From Eledone cirrhosa (taxonomy: Eukaryota): a stretch of DNA of 64,000 nucleotides. Location of the stretch: NCBI GenBank assembly GCA_964016885.1, contig OZ024751.1:49228001-49292000 (forward strand). The letters are read 5' to 3'. Both the position numbers and the translations under genes were made by a program. The notes beneath the pieces are model-generated. The model saw nothing but the letters and a program-made list of their open reading frames with translations, searched no databases and was not told the DNA's origin. Below, in pieces: positions 1 to 14,662 of the stretch; the first letter of the stretch is position 1, and every line of letters starts with the position of its first letter.

Positions 1-2
1 AT

Positions 3-118
3 ATAAATATATGTATTGGTTTGATAATGATAACCATCTTAATGAAAATACCAATAATAAAAATAACGCTAATAGACGTAGTGGTGCTGGGAGCACCAGT
101 GCAAGGAATGAATGTATT

Positions 119-193
<75 letters not shown>

Positions 194-931
194 GAGAGAG
201 GGGATAGAGAGAGGTATAGAAAGTCAGATAGAGATAGACAGAGAGAATCATAAATAGATAAATAGATAGATAGATAGATAGATAGATAGTAAAGAGAGGG
301 AGAAAGAGACGTGTAAAGAAACTGAAATTTCGTTAGAATGTGTACGAGTGCAGATATTCGTTGAACCGGTTGACGTTTCGTTCTGGATCGGAATCATTGA
401 TAGACGCAAACCAAAGTGCAACATCTGAAGAGATATCAGGAAATACATAACCGAATAGAAGTATTTCGCAGACATTCCACATATAAAAACACAAACGCGT
501 ACACATATATATATATATATATATACATACACATATATATATGTATATATATATATGTATATATATACATATATATATATACATATATATATGTGTATGT
601 ATATATATATATATATATATGTGTACGCGTTTGTGTTTTTATATGTGGAATGTCTGCGAAATACTTCTATTCGGTTATGTATTTCCTGATATCTCTTCAG
701 ATGTTGCACTTTGGTTTGCGTCTATCGATGATTCCGATCCAGAACGAAACGTCAACCGGTTCAACGAATATCTGCACTCGTACACATTCTAACGAAATTT
801 CAGTTTCTTTACACGTCTCTTTCTCCCTCTCTTTACTATCTATCTATCTATCTATCTATCTATTTATCTATTTATGATTCTCTCTGTCTATCTCTATCTG
901 ACTTTCTATACCTCTCTCTATCCCCTCTCTC

Positions 932-1006
<75 letters not shown>

Positions 1007-1122
1007 AATACATTCATTCCTTGCACTGGTGCTCCCAGCACCACTACGTCTATTAGCGTTATTTTTATTATTGGTATTTTCATTAAGATGGTTATCATTA
1101 TCAAACCAATACATATATTTAT
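3..1122. repeat. Near-perfect 1.12-kb palindrome at a contig end (probable assembly fold-back)
   Basis: Position i pairs with 1125-i. ORFs 11..253+/872..1114- and 248..709-/416..877+ give identical peptides. The centre lies in a self-complementary TA run at 562/563, one substitution was seen, and the right arm ends at the N gap. Confidence 0.9.
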
Positions 1123-1322
1123 NNNNNNNNNNNNNNNNNNNNNNNNNNNNNNNNNNNNNNNNNNNNNNNNNNNNNNNNNNNNNNNNNNNNNNNNNNNNNN
1201 NNNNNNNNNNNNNNNNNNNNNNNNNNNNNNNNNNNNNNNNNNNNNNNNNNNNNNNNNNNNNNNNNNNNNNNNNNNNNNNNNNNNNNNNNNNNNNNNNNNN
1301 NNNNNNNNNNNNNNNNNNNNNN
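1123..1322. other. Scaffold gap (200 N)
   Basis: Run of exactly 200 N. Confidence 0.99.
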
Positions 1323-3315
<1,993 letters not shown>

Positions 3316-3930
3316 TGGGGGTAGATTCTGTGTATGTGAATGTTAACAGTCGATACATACTGCCACCACTAAGAAGATGTATTGTAATATCAAAAAGCAG
3401 CTATAAAAATAGAATTTCTTAACAAAGTCTTACACTTGATGTGACAATATGCAGAGAATAAAGAACAAATAAATGAAACAATACAAAATAGAAAAAGAAA
3501 AAGAAATACCTAAAATACTGAAAAAAATTAGCAAACACGAACAAGACAAATGGTATCTTCGTTTTTTTTTTTTTTCTTTCTTAGTTTTTTTTTTAAAGTT
3601 TCTTTACTGGTGAAGTTCTGATTGCTATAAGAATCCTCCAAAGCTCGGACTGCATCGATTAGTTTTAAGACATTATAATCATGCCTGTCAATAAACTAGA
3701 TTGTACAACACAGTAATGGGTACAAAGGTCAACAGCAGGTAAATCGTGAGGTATCTGTTGAATATTACTTTGTATGAACTCTAGAAGAAATTTTCCCGAG
3801 GATTTTTATTTTATCCGGTGATATAGTAAAATTTTAAACTCTGTTTTGGGAGGAATATTGTCTAAGTCAATGTCTAAGTCTGTTTATTTTAGCAACTCGT
3901 ATTCCTCGGAAACAATTTTGTCTTAGTAAT

Positions 3931-4066
3931 AATTGTTTCTACTTTAGGCACAAGACAAGCAATTTGAAGCGGGGGGGGGGGGGGGTGTAAGTCGATTAAA
4001 TTGACTCCAGTGCATTACCGGTGCTTTATTTTATCAATCTCGTAATAATGAAAGGCAAAGCTAATT
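3931..4066 (-). mobile_element. tRNA-derived SINE, 5'-truncated, long-tail subtype
   Basis: Matches the SINE 3' part (aattgtttctactttaggcacaag...gtcgattaaattgac...atgaaaggcaaag). Confidence 0.8.
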
Positions 4067-4082
4067 TGGTTATATTAATAAC

Positions 4083-4273
4083 AATTGTTTCTACTTTAGA
4101 CACAAGGCCAACATTTGTTCCAGTACATTACTGGTACTTTATTTTATCGACCCCGTAATGATGAAAGGTAAAGTTAACCTCGGCTGCATTTGAACTCAGA
4201 CCGTAAAGGGATGTAACTCAATGCTGCAAAGCATGGCCTTCGACCCTCTACTGATAGTGCCAATCCACCGCCC
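4083..4273 (-). mobile_element. tRNA-derived SINE, full length
   Basis: Minus strand has a GGGCGGTGGATTGGCAC.ATC A-box head, a GAGTTCAAAT B box, a central CTTTCATC..TACGGGGTCGATAAAATAAAGTACCAGT domain and an AGAAACAATT tail. Confidence 0.9.
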
Positions 4274-4509
4274 TCATATTAGTATTAATGGCTTCTAAAA
4301 CACGTCACCCATTAACAATATTATTAGATCTCTAGAAAATTCCCCTGTGATATCACTCTAGCTTCTTTGTCTTTCGAAATCCTTTATCCAAATCTTTAAA
4401 TGTTCCACCAAAAGAAACTCTCAAAGCATTTTTCAAGACACTTCATAGTTTCTGCCAATCACCCGGTGTCAAATCATACTGTCTGACATTGTTCAGATAT
4501 TACAAACGA

Positions 4510-4720
4510 ATCTATTTGAAGACGTTTTGGCTAAAGCTACCCTATTTCTGCTTAGCTATTGGTCTAAATACATTCTCTCCGAGGCGTTCCGAATCTACAA
4601 TGCGCCACTATACAAAATGACGTTTCATCAAGTTCGATGTCCCAACAATTCCATCAATTCAAACGTTAGACTCGTAAATTCCTTAGAGTACCGAGTCTCA
4701 AAGTATGAAAGGCCAATGGG
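4510..4720 (+). pseudogene. Decayed RTE-clade LINE ORF fragment (post-RT region)
   Basis: Peptide AKA..F..L..W..I.S...RIYNA...FH..RC....V.N in ORF 4527..4772 resembles the RTE C-terminal region. It is highly diverged. Confidence 0.4.
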
Positions 4721-4842
4721 ATGTCGGCAGAATTTCTATTCCGAATGCGGAAAGCTGCAACAAATACCGTGAGGCATTCAAACTAATACTCTGACATCTG
4801 TCAATTCAACGTATTGTCGCCTAACATTGTTGATAAGAAGTG

Positions 4843-6413
4843 GAGCTAGGGAACCTGGCACGGGTGGGTCCTTGATCAATTTAGATCAGTCGAAAGCTTT
4901 CGATAGGGTCGACCATCGTTCAACATCATGCGCTCGGTCCGCCAAGGATGTCCCCTCTCGTCCCTCTTGTACGTATTGACTCTCGAGCCATTACTGAACA
5001 AACTGGAGACGTTGAGGGGGGTCCGCGCGAACTAGGATGCGGAAGATCCGTGTTAGCATATGCGGACGATGTCACCGTAACGGAGTCGAACGCCAAACAC
5101 ATCGAGGCGATCGGCACTGCACTAAGAGAATACGAAGCGGTGACAGGAGCAATGATCAACCAGGAAAAGTCAGTGGGCCTGCAGCTCGGCACCTGGAGAG
5201 GCAGGTCAATGCCGTCCAACAGCGTCGTCGGGCGCTGGGCGGACGGACCGGTTAAATTGCTAGGGGTCTGGTTCGGTCCGGACCTCCAGACGGACAAAAA
5301 CTGGGACGAGGTGACGAGCAGGGTGGCTTCTCTCACCCAGAAATGGGCGGAGAGGAAGCTATCCCTGAAAGGTCGAGCGGAGGTGGCTAACGCGTACATC
5401 GCGTCCGTCATCTACTACCGCCTGACCGCCGTACCTTGTCCTAAGCCCCGCCTGACTGCGCTGGAGCGTTTGCTCTTTCGCTTTTTGTGGAAGGGACGTG
5501 CTCTGATGGTCAGGCGGTCCATCTGCTGTCAACACCCGCTACGTGGAGGGCTGGACATGCTGTGGCTGATGATGCGCAGACACGCGCTCAGGCTACGACA
5601 TCTCCACCTCTTCCTCGACGGTGATCAGGTGTGGTTTCCGTTTGCTAGACACGTCTTTACCCAGCTTGTCTCCTTGACGGAGCTGCAGTCCTGGGTCCAG
5701 CGAAGACCGAGAGGGAGCGATTGGAGACTGGAATGTCTTCAGGCGCTCACAGCCCTCGACCAATCGGGCAATGTGATCGGTGGAAGCTCCACCTTGGCGT
5801 TCTATAGAGGAACAGTGGAAGGGAAGAGCGATGAACTCTAGGCGTCGACGAAAATCAACTAGCCAATCTCTTCGGAAGGACTTTCAGGCCGGGGCCTATG
5901 GACAACTTCCAGAAATCCCTGGCCTGGCAGTGCTACCGAGGAGCTTTGCCAGTTCGGGATAAACTCTACAGGCATGGAGGTGCCGTCAGCCGAGCATGTC
6001 CGAGATGCGCGCAGGGCGACGAAACCGTCCTGCACGCATTCGTCCAGTTTCCGAGCATTGCTGACTTGTGGGTTTATGTCGAACACCTGCTGTCACGTGT
6101 AGGACGGATCCAGCTATCAGCTGAGTCCATCGTGAGGATTGCCCCACCCTCTTCCTTTACCCGGGAAGGGCAGGCAGTTTTTATCTGTCTGGTGGCCATG
6201 GCGAAAGAGATAGTATGGTGGACACGTTTGAAAGGGCTGAAGACGAGCACTTACCTCTTCGGTGATGCTCTGATTGACTTTTTCAAATTTCATTTGAAAA
6301 GGAAAATCAGGGTAGAGAGGGAAGTGCTCTCTTCCCAGCATTTTGTTGAAAGATGGGTGAGTGAAGCAAGTATGGCCCGAGTGAATGGGCCTACTCTGAG
6401 TATGTGTCTGTAA
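4843..6413 (+). pseudogene. Disrupted LINE ORF2 (RT to CCHC region)
   Basis: Motifs LINLDQSKAFDRVDH, RQGCPLS, AYADDVT, LLGVWF, GGL and CPRC..DETVLH are spread over several frames. There is a ~120-bp internal deletion near 4917, plus frameshifts. Confidence 0.92.
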
Positions 6414-6627
6414 ATTAAAGGTGGAAAACTGAGAGTGGCCTTTTAATGGGTTTTCTCCACAAACTTCTCCCGGAAGTCTCCCCCCTATTGGGGAATTTTT
6501 CATTGTTATTTTTTATTACATCCTCTGTTTTTTTTACACGCAGAAATGCCGATTTGTACCGTCCTGTATTGTCTTGTACTGTCCTTAATGTCTACTTTAT
6601 GTAAACCCTTGTGGTTAATAAAGAAAG
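4843..6627 (+). mobile_element. Tx1/L1-type LINE, family A, 5'-truncated, with 18-bp TSD
   Basis: TSD CATTGTTGATAAGAAGTG at 4825-4842 and 6628-6645. RT and zinc-knuckle peptides are homologous to ORF 56751..60188. The 3' UTR ends in AATAAAGAAAG. Confidence 0.93.
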
Positions 6628-6651
6628 CATTGTTGATAAGAAGTGTAATAT

Positions 6652-6673
6652 TGGTAGTAGTATTAGTAGGATC

Positions 6674-6742
<69 letters not shown>

Positions 6743-6895
6743 GGTGGTGGTGGTGGTGGTGGTGGTGGTGTGGTGTGAGTGGTGGTAGTGGTGGTAGTAG
6801 TAATAGTAGTAGTAGTAGTGGTGGTGGTGGTGGTGGTGGTGGTGGTGATGGTGATGGTGATGGTGATGGTGATGGTAGTAGTAGTAGTAGTAGTA

Positions 6896-6940
<45 letters not shown>

Positions 6941-6962
6941 ATGGCGGTGGTGGCGGTGGTTT

Positions 6963-7016
<54 letters not shown>

Positions 7017-7135
7017 ATGGTGGTCGTGGTGGTGGCGGTGGCGGTGGTGGTGGTAGTAGTAGTAGTATTAGTAATAATAGTAGCAGCAACATCAATAGAA
7101 GCAACAGGCAGCAGTAGTAGTAATAATACTATTAT
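6652..7135. repeat. Compound (GTA)/(GTG)/(GAT) triplet microsatellite
   Basis: Directly visible. It is the source of the poly-T/H/Y/V ORFs. Confidence 0.95.
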
Positions 7136-7521
7136 AAGCAATAGTAGACCAAGTAAGGTACGATCGATAAATGTAAACGGAATAAGAATAAGTATATAAC
7201 AACGTTCATTCATTTTAATGAGACAGATTACTATGCGGAATAAGGGTGGAAATAGACCGTGTTCAGAATAATGATGTAGAATAAACCAATTAGCAAACCT
7301 TTTGGACAGAGCTGCTGATGTTGGTGTTTCGGTTTTAGTGTCGTTCTACATCTTCTGCGGTCAGTTCAGCTACAATATATTTGGTATAAGATAGATTCAT
7401 TGTTTGTCGAAACAAAAGGTTTTGTAAATATTATTGAAATAAACAGGAAATATTATTATCGTCTGCTTATCACTCTATATATAATAAACAAACGTGCATT
7501 TCACACACACGAACACACACA

Positions 7522-7600
<79 letters not shown>

Positions 7601-7698
7601 GCACACACACACACATATACATATATACATATATATATATTTTTCATTTCTGAATTTGTTTAGCAAGATTCTTTATTTGAAAACGTGTGTTGAAACCC

Positions 7699-7830
7699 AT
7701 ATTGTTATACTTTGGGAGGGTCATGTTGCCAATAAGTAACACACGCACCAGCTGCGTTCACTTCAATTTATTGAAGTGAACGCAGCTGGTGCGTGTGTTT
7801 CTTATTGGCAACATGACCCTCCCAAAGTAT

Positions 7831-7838
<8 letters not shown>
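7699..7838. mobile_element. Fold-back hairpin with ~68-bp arms and a TTTA loop
   Basis: atattgttatactttgggagggtcatgttgcc...cacttcaa TTTA ttgaagtg...cccaaagtataacaatat. The same arm recurs at 8784-9008, 10565-10786 and as a remnant at 20880. Confidence 0.8.
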
Positions 7839-7884
<46 letters not shown>

Positions 7885-8182
7885 CATGAGGCTATATATG
7901 AATTTATATACGATATTTTTATATATTATAATCATAAGAGTCTTGGTATGAATTTGTTTAATACCCGTGATCACGTCACAGCTATCTTAGTTATCAGTAG
8001 CGTTCAGAATGCCAGACTGGTGTTTCTGCATATATATATATATAACCAAATATTAATATGTTTCATTGATTATTCAATGAATTTTACAATAGATTAAAAG
8101 CACTCTACAAAGAGTTTTCTGGAGTTATTAATATTATTCAAAATATTAATAAATGAAGACATTCACATAATCAAAATATATG

Positions 8183-8244
8183 TTTTATTATATATATTTC
8201 GGAGGTACTGTGTGGTTTTTTCAGTACGTCCTCATCAGATAAAA
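8183..8244 (-). ncRNA. Type I hammerhead ribozyme motif
   Basis: Minus strand: TTTTAT CTGATGA GGA-C-GTACTG aaaaaaccaca CAGTAC-C-TCC GAAA TATATA TA ATAAAA. Stem I is 6 bp, stem II is 9 bp with a C-C mismatch, stem III is short and palindromic, and the cleavage site is UA. Confidence 0.85.
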
Positions 8245-8381
8245 TATATGAATTGAAGTATGACATACCTCAACTGATTTGATGGTTCAATTCCAGTATT
8301 GGCAGTACTGGAATTGAATACTGCCAATACTGGAATTGAACCATCAAGACAGTTGAGGTATGTCATACATCAATCCATATA

Positions 8382-8443
8382 TTTTATCTGATGAGGACGT
8401 ACTGAAAAAACAGCACAGTGTCTCCGAAAAATATATAATAAAA
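8382..8443 (+). ncRNA. Type I hammerhead ribozyme motif (diverged mirror copy)
   Basis: TTTTAT CTGATGA GGAC...GTCTCC GAAA AATATA TA ATAAAA. Stems II and III are weakened relative to 8183-8244. Confidence 0.65.
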
Positions 8444-8673
8444 CATATTTTGATTATGTGAGCGTCTTCATTTATTAATATTTTGAATAATATATATATA
8501 TATATATATATATTTCGTTTCTGAATTTGTTTAGAAATATTCTTTATCTGGAAACTTGTGTTGAAACCGATATTATATGATGAGGACGTACTCAAAAACA
8601 GCACAGTGTCTCCGAAAAATATATAATAACACATATTTTGATTATGTGAACGTCTTCATTTATAATTATTTTG

Positions 8674-8729
<56 letters not shown>

Positions 8730-8783
8730 CGTTTCTGAATTTGTTTAGCAATATTCTTTATCTGGAAACTTGTGTTGAAACCG

Positions 8784-9135
<352 letters not shown>

Positions 9136-9609
9136 AAGAGATGGCTTCTACAGGACGAAAACTGTTTCATTCGAAGGAAATCATCAGGAAACTCGACTGA
9201 ACCCGAGACTCATATATATATATATATATTGTAAAAGGTGACAATCCCGGCGTTACGTCTTTTCCTTGAGCAAGTCACTTTATCTTACGTTGCCCCTGCA
9301 CTCTTTGTTGCCAAAAAATGAGTTGACGGTTTAATTCAAATGGTAGACATTTCAATATATATACATAACCTGTGAGATTCCGGGTGTAATTCGGTGAGAG
9401 CTAATCAATACACTGTTGATCGGAATGGTGGTGATTATGATGATGATGGTCATTGTGATGAAGTTGGTGCATGTTAGTTTAAGCTCATTGCTTTTTGTTT
9501 TGTATTTTTATGGACATGTCAAATTTTACCTATTAAAAAGATCCGAACAGAGACATGATGTCGACCTTAAATTAGTACAATATCTCTATACACCATGTAT
9601 ATTCATTAT

Positions 9610-9748
<139 letters not shown>

Positions 9749-9749
9749 G

Positions 9750-9859
<110 letters not shown>

Positions 9860-10171
9860 ATGAGGCTATATATGAATTTATATACGATATTTTTATATAT
9901 TATAATCATAAGAGTCTTGGTATGAATTTGTTTAATACCTGTGATCACGTCACAGCTATCTTAGTTATCAGTAGCGTTCAGAATGCCAGACTGGTGTTTC
10001 TGCATATATATATATATATATATATATAACCAAATATTAATATGGTTCATTGATAAGTCAATGAATATAGTTTTACAATAGATTAAAAGCACTCTACAAA
10101 GAGTTTTCTGGAGTTATTAATATTATTCAAAATATTAATAAATGAAGACATTCACATAATCAAAATATATG

Positions 10172-10233
10172 TTTTATTATATATATTTCGGAGGTACTGT
10201 GTGGTTTTTTCAGTATGTCCTCATCAGATAAAA
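10172..10233 (-). ncRNA. Type I hammerhead ribozyme motif
   Basis: Copy of 8183-8244 with one stem II substitution. Confidence 0.78.
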
Positions 10234-10370
10234 TATATGAATTGAAGTATGACATACCTCAACTGATTTGATGGTTCAATTCCAGTATTGGCAGTACTGG
10301 AATTGAATACTGCCAATACTGGAATTGAACCATCAAGACAGTTGAGGTATGTCATACATCAATTCATATA

Positions 10371-10432
10371 TTTTATCTGATGAGGACGTACTGAAAAAAC
10401 AGCACAGTGTCTCCGAAAAATATATAATAAAA
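10371..10432 (+). ncRNA. Type I hammerhead ribozyme motif (diverged)
   Basis: Copy of 8382-8443. Confidence 0.62.
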
Positions 10433-10474
10433 CATATTTTGATTATGTGAACGTCTTCATTTATTAATATTTTG

Positions 10475-10510
<36 letters not shown>

Positions 10511-10778
10511 CGTTTCTGAATTTGTTTAGCAATATTCTTTATCTGGAAACTTGTGTTGAAACCGATATTGTTATAATTTGGGAGGGTCATGTTGCCAATA
10601 AGAAACACACGTACCAATTGCTTTCACTTTGACAATATACGAACAACCGTCCGGTTGTGGAACCAACCAACCAACCGGAAATTTATAAATTTTTGGAAAA
10701 AATGTTTAATTTATAATACATTGGAGTGAAACACCTGGTGCGTGTGTTTCGATTAGCAACATGACCCTCCCAAAGTAT

Positions 10779-10830
<52 letters not shown>

Positions 10831-11354
10831 AAGAGATGGCTTCTAAAGGACGAAAACTGCTTCATTCGAAGGAAATCATCAGGACACTCGACTGAACCCG
10901 AGACTCATATATATATATATATATTATAAAAGGTGACAATCCCGGCGTTACGTCTTTTCCTTGAGCAAGTCACTTTATCTTACGTTGCCCCTGCACTCTT
11001 TGTTGCCAAAAAATGAGTTGACGGTTTAATTCAAATGGTAGACGTTTGAATATATATACATAACCTGTGAGATTCCGGGTGTAATTCGGTGAGAGCTAAT
11101 CAATACACTGTTGATCGGAATGGTGGTGATTATGATGATGATGGTCATTGTGATGAAGTTGGTGCATGTTAGTTTAAACTCATTGCTTTTTGTTTTGTAT
11201 TTTTATGGACATGTCAAATTTTACCTATTAAAAAGATCCGAACAGAGACATGATGTCGACCTTAAATTAGTACAATATCTCTATACACCATGTATATTCA
11301 TTATTGCATATATATATATATATATATATATGTGTATATATATATGTATACATA

Positions 11355-11399
<45 letters not shown>

Positions 11400-11472
11400 A
11401 TGTGTGTATATATATGTATACATATATATATATACATGTATATATATATTTATATATATATATATATACATG

Positions 11473-11537
<65 letters not shown>

Positions 11538-11624
11538 GTGTGTGTGTATGTGTGTATATATGTGTATACATATATATATATATATACATGTATATATATA
11601 TTTATATATATATATCTATACATG

Positions 11625-11771
<147 letters not shown>

Positions 11772-11797
11772 ATATATACATATATATACATATATAT

Positions 11798-11857
<60 letters not shown>

Positions 11858-11881
11858 ATACATATATATGCATATATATAC

Positions 11882-11938
<57 letters not shown>

Positions 11939-11939
11939 T

Positions 11940-12014
<75 letters not shown>

Positions 12015-12477
12015 GATGGGGCGAGTCCTATTCCAAATTTAGGTTCCATGTGTCTTGTCTATAACATCCGTTTGCTTGTCTCATTAAAATCTTATGGAAA
12101 TACTTTTGGAAACCAACCAGAATTAGCAGTGATAGTAGATTTCTCTCTCTTGCTATTTTTAATTAATTCATTTACGTATTTTTAGTTCTTTTGTTTCGGG
12201 CGATATAAGACGGTGTTGTTTGGTTTTTAATTCTTTCGGCAGTAAGAAAGTAATTTTCTATGATGCAAAATATTGTTACTCTTTTCAGTGGATTCATTCA
12301 TTAGATGGCGGCCATGCTGGGTCACCAGCTTGATTTAGTAGAACATATTGACCCAGACTACTTATTTCCGGTCATGTCTGATATATATATATATATATAT
12401 ATATAAAGAAAAAGGGATGAAATCGAAAATGCAACTGAAGTCTTATTTTTTTTTAAAATATATATATTTATTTGGTT

Positions 12478-12515
12478 CCTTTACCGGTTTCGCAGTTCTT
12501 CTGCTTTTCAAAAGG
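12478..12515 (-). ncRNA. Type I hammerhead ribozyme, U3-A8 core variant
   Basis: Reverse complement of 13982-14019. Confidence 0.78.
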
Positions 12516-13981
12516 TGAGTTGAGATGGAGGGTCTGTGGTTTTTCTCACATCTGGTTGGTCTCTAAATGTTACTTGTTTTATATGGAAAAAGTGGCTCGA
12601 AAACCAGGTTTTTCGAGAAGTAATTTGATTGGTTTGTCAATAATTATAATAAATTTCGCGCCAGTTCGCGTTACAATAGTTCTTCAAATAAGAGAGGGGG
12701 GGGTTGTCACAGGTTGTTTTTTCATATATGAGTGTTTGAATTTCTTTTTACTTGAAAAAATGAGGCTCACGAAGGCTTTTTTTTGGTTGGTTATAAATGA
12801 AATTTGGCTGTCACGTGAACAAGTTTTCATTACATTTTTGCGCCCTTATTTGGAAAACTATTCTGTAGTCTTTATAGTGAATGTTATGACAAATGCGAAT
12901 AAATAAGGAAAATATGTTTATTCAAAAATATAGACCAACATTAAATAAGGTTTAATATACATTATGTCAACACCACAATATGACATACACACACACACAT
13001 AACACCTACTTTAGAAAATAAAAACCCGAACTAAATAAACCTTAAACATACGTTTGCACTGGCAATACAACAGCAAACACGAAAAAGTCAGGAAAATATG
13101 TTCATTCAAAAATATTCCTACTAAAGGAATCATTTTCCTACACACACACATACACACACACAATATATATATATATATATATTCTCTTCATATTAACATG
13201 CTAACCATACTCCCACACACATAACACCCATACACACACATAAAAACCCCCACACCTACAACACCCTCACCATTTCTACTAATAGAACCACTTTCCTACA
13301 CACATATATATATACACACACACAAAAAATATATATTCTCTCTATCTAACATACTCGCACACACACACATAACACCCATATACACACACACACAACTCCC
13401 TCGCCCATCTCTACTAATAGAATCATCTTCCAATACACACATACACACACACACATATACACACACACAAGCACACAAATAAACACATATCTTCAGTCTC
13501 AATAGAAAATCTGAACTCTGACACCTGAACTCTGACAGCTGGCCATATTCACTGAACCAGAACATTTCTCCCAATCCCTTTTCCCTTGACCACTATCTCG
13601 CCATTGTCATAACATTCACTATAAAGACTACAGAATAGTTTTCCAAATAAGGGCGCAAAAATGTAATGAAAACTTGTTCACGTGACAGCCAAATTTCATT
13701 TATAACCAACCAAAAAAAAGCCTTCGTGAGCCTCATTTTTTCAAGTAAAAAGAAATTCAAACACTCATATATGAAAAAACAACCTGTGACAACCCCCCCC
13801 CTCTCTTATTTGAAGAACTATTGTAACGCGAACTGGCGCGAAATTTATTATAATTATTGACAAACCAATCAAATTACTTCTCGAAAAACCTGGTTTTCGA
13901 GCCACTTTTTCCATATAAAACAAGTAACATTTAGAGACCAACCAGATGCGAGAAAAACCACAGACCCTCCATCTCAACTCA

Positions 13982-14019
13982 CCTTTTGAAAAGCAGAAGA
14001 ACTGCGAAACCGGTAAAGG
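13982..14019 (+). ncRNA. Type I hammerhead ribozyme, U3-A8 core variant
   Basis: CCTT TTGAAAA GCAG aagaa CTGC GAAAC CG GTA AAGG. All three stems pair, the cleavage site is GUA, and the core CUGANGA is replaced by UUGAAAA. Confidence 0.8.
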
Positions 14020-14662
14020 AACCAAATAAATATATATATTTTTTAAAAAAATAAGACTTCAGTTGCATTTTCGATTTCATCCCTTTTTCTTTATACTTCC
14101 ACTCGTGTAGGACACCTCGGTTATTTTTCATTTTGTAAAAAAAACCTCACTTTCTAATATATATATATATATATATTATTCTTTCTATGATTATTCAAAC
14201 ATAAATTTACGAGACAGACTCCATAGACAAATGCGCAGACGCTACCTCCCACACACACACGCCTACACACCCCACCCATATATATATATATATATGTATG
14301 TATTATGTATGCATGTTTATGCATTTATATATATACATATATAAATATATGAAATAAAGCATTTTGCTCAGAATCACATCGTGTTGTCTAGCTCAGCAAC
14401 ACGCTAACCACTAGGGCCACGTTAGATAAGAATAAATGTTAAAGTCCTAGATTTTCATCAGACAGTATTCCATCACAGTCTCATTGGGTTTAATTTACTG
14501 ATAAACCCACCTCTTCTCAGTAGCTGCTTATAGATATGTTCAGTCGAATGGGCAGGGAAACGAGATATGTTGTACCTAACAGCCTTGCAATAAGGTAACA
14601 CTTCGCACGGCTCGGGCATCGCAACGCTGGACGTTCGATCTTGTCTCGGTCGCTTCTATGGT

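Larger units (their letters stand above)
8131..8493. mobile_element. Fold-back PLE-derived element with two opposed hammerheads
   Basis: Arms 8131-8307 and 8319-8493 are reverse complements, each containing CTGATGA...GAAA. The right arm ends in (TA)n. Confidence 0.82.
10120..10482. mobile_element. Duplicate of the 8131-8493 fold-back element
   Basis: Part of duplication unit 2, with the same arms and centre. Confidence 0.82.
12402..14157 (+). mobile_element. 5'-truncated Penelope-like element with ~490-bp inverted pseudo-LTR
   Basis: Arms 12402-12892 and 13604-14095 are near-perfect reverse complements. The spacer starts with MRINKENMFIQKYRPTLNKV* (12893-12955), like a GIY-YIG C-terminus. 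There is a hammerhead in each arm and (TA)n on both flanks. Confidence 0.85.

Noticed and set aside
720-760. Hammerhead in the first palindrome (TCGATGA TTC...GAA C GAAAC GTC; also CTGAAGA near 425)
   Set aside because: The core is non-canonical and stem I does not pair; at best a decayed motif.
12472-14025. Duplicated protein MVPLPVSQFF... on both strands
   Set aside because: A by-product of the inverted pLTR with a non-ATG start, read antisense to the hammerhead.
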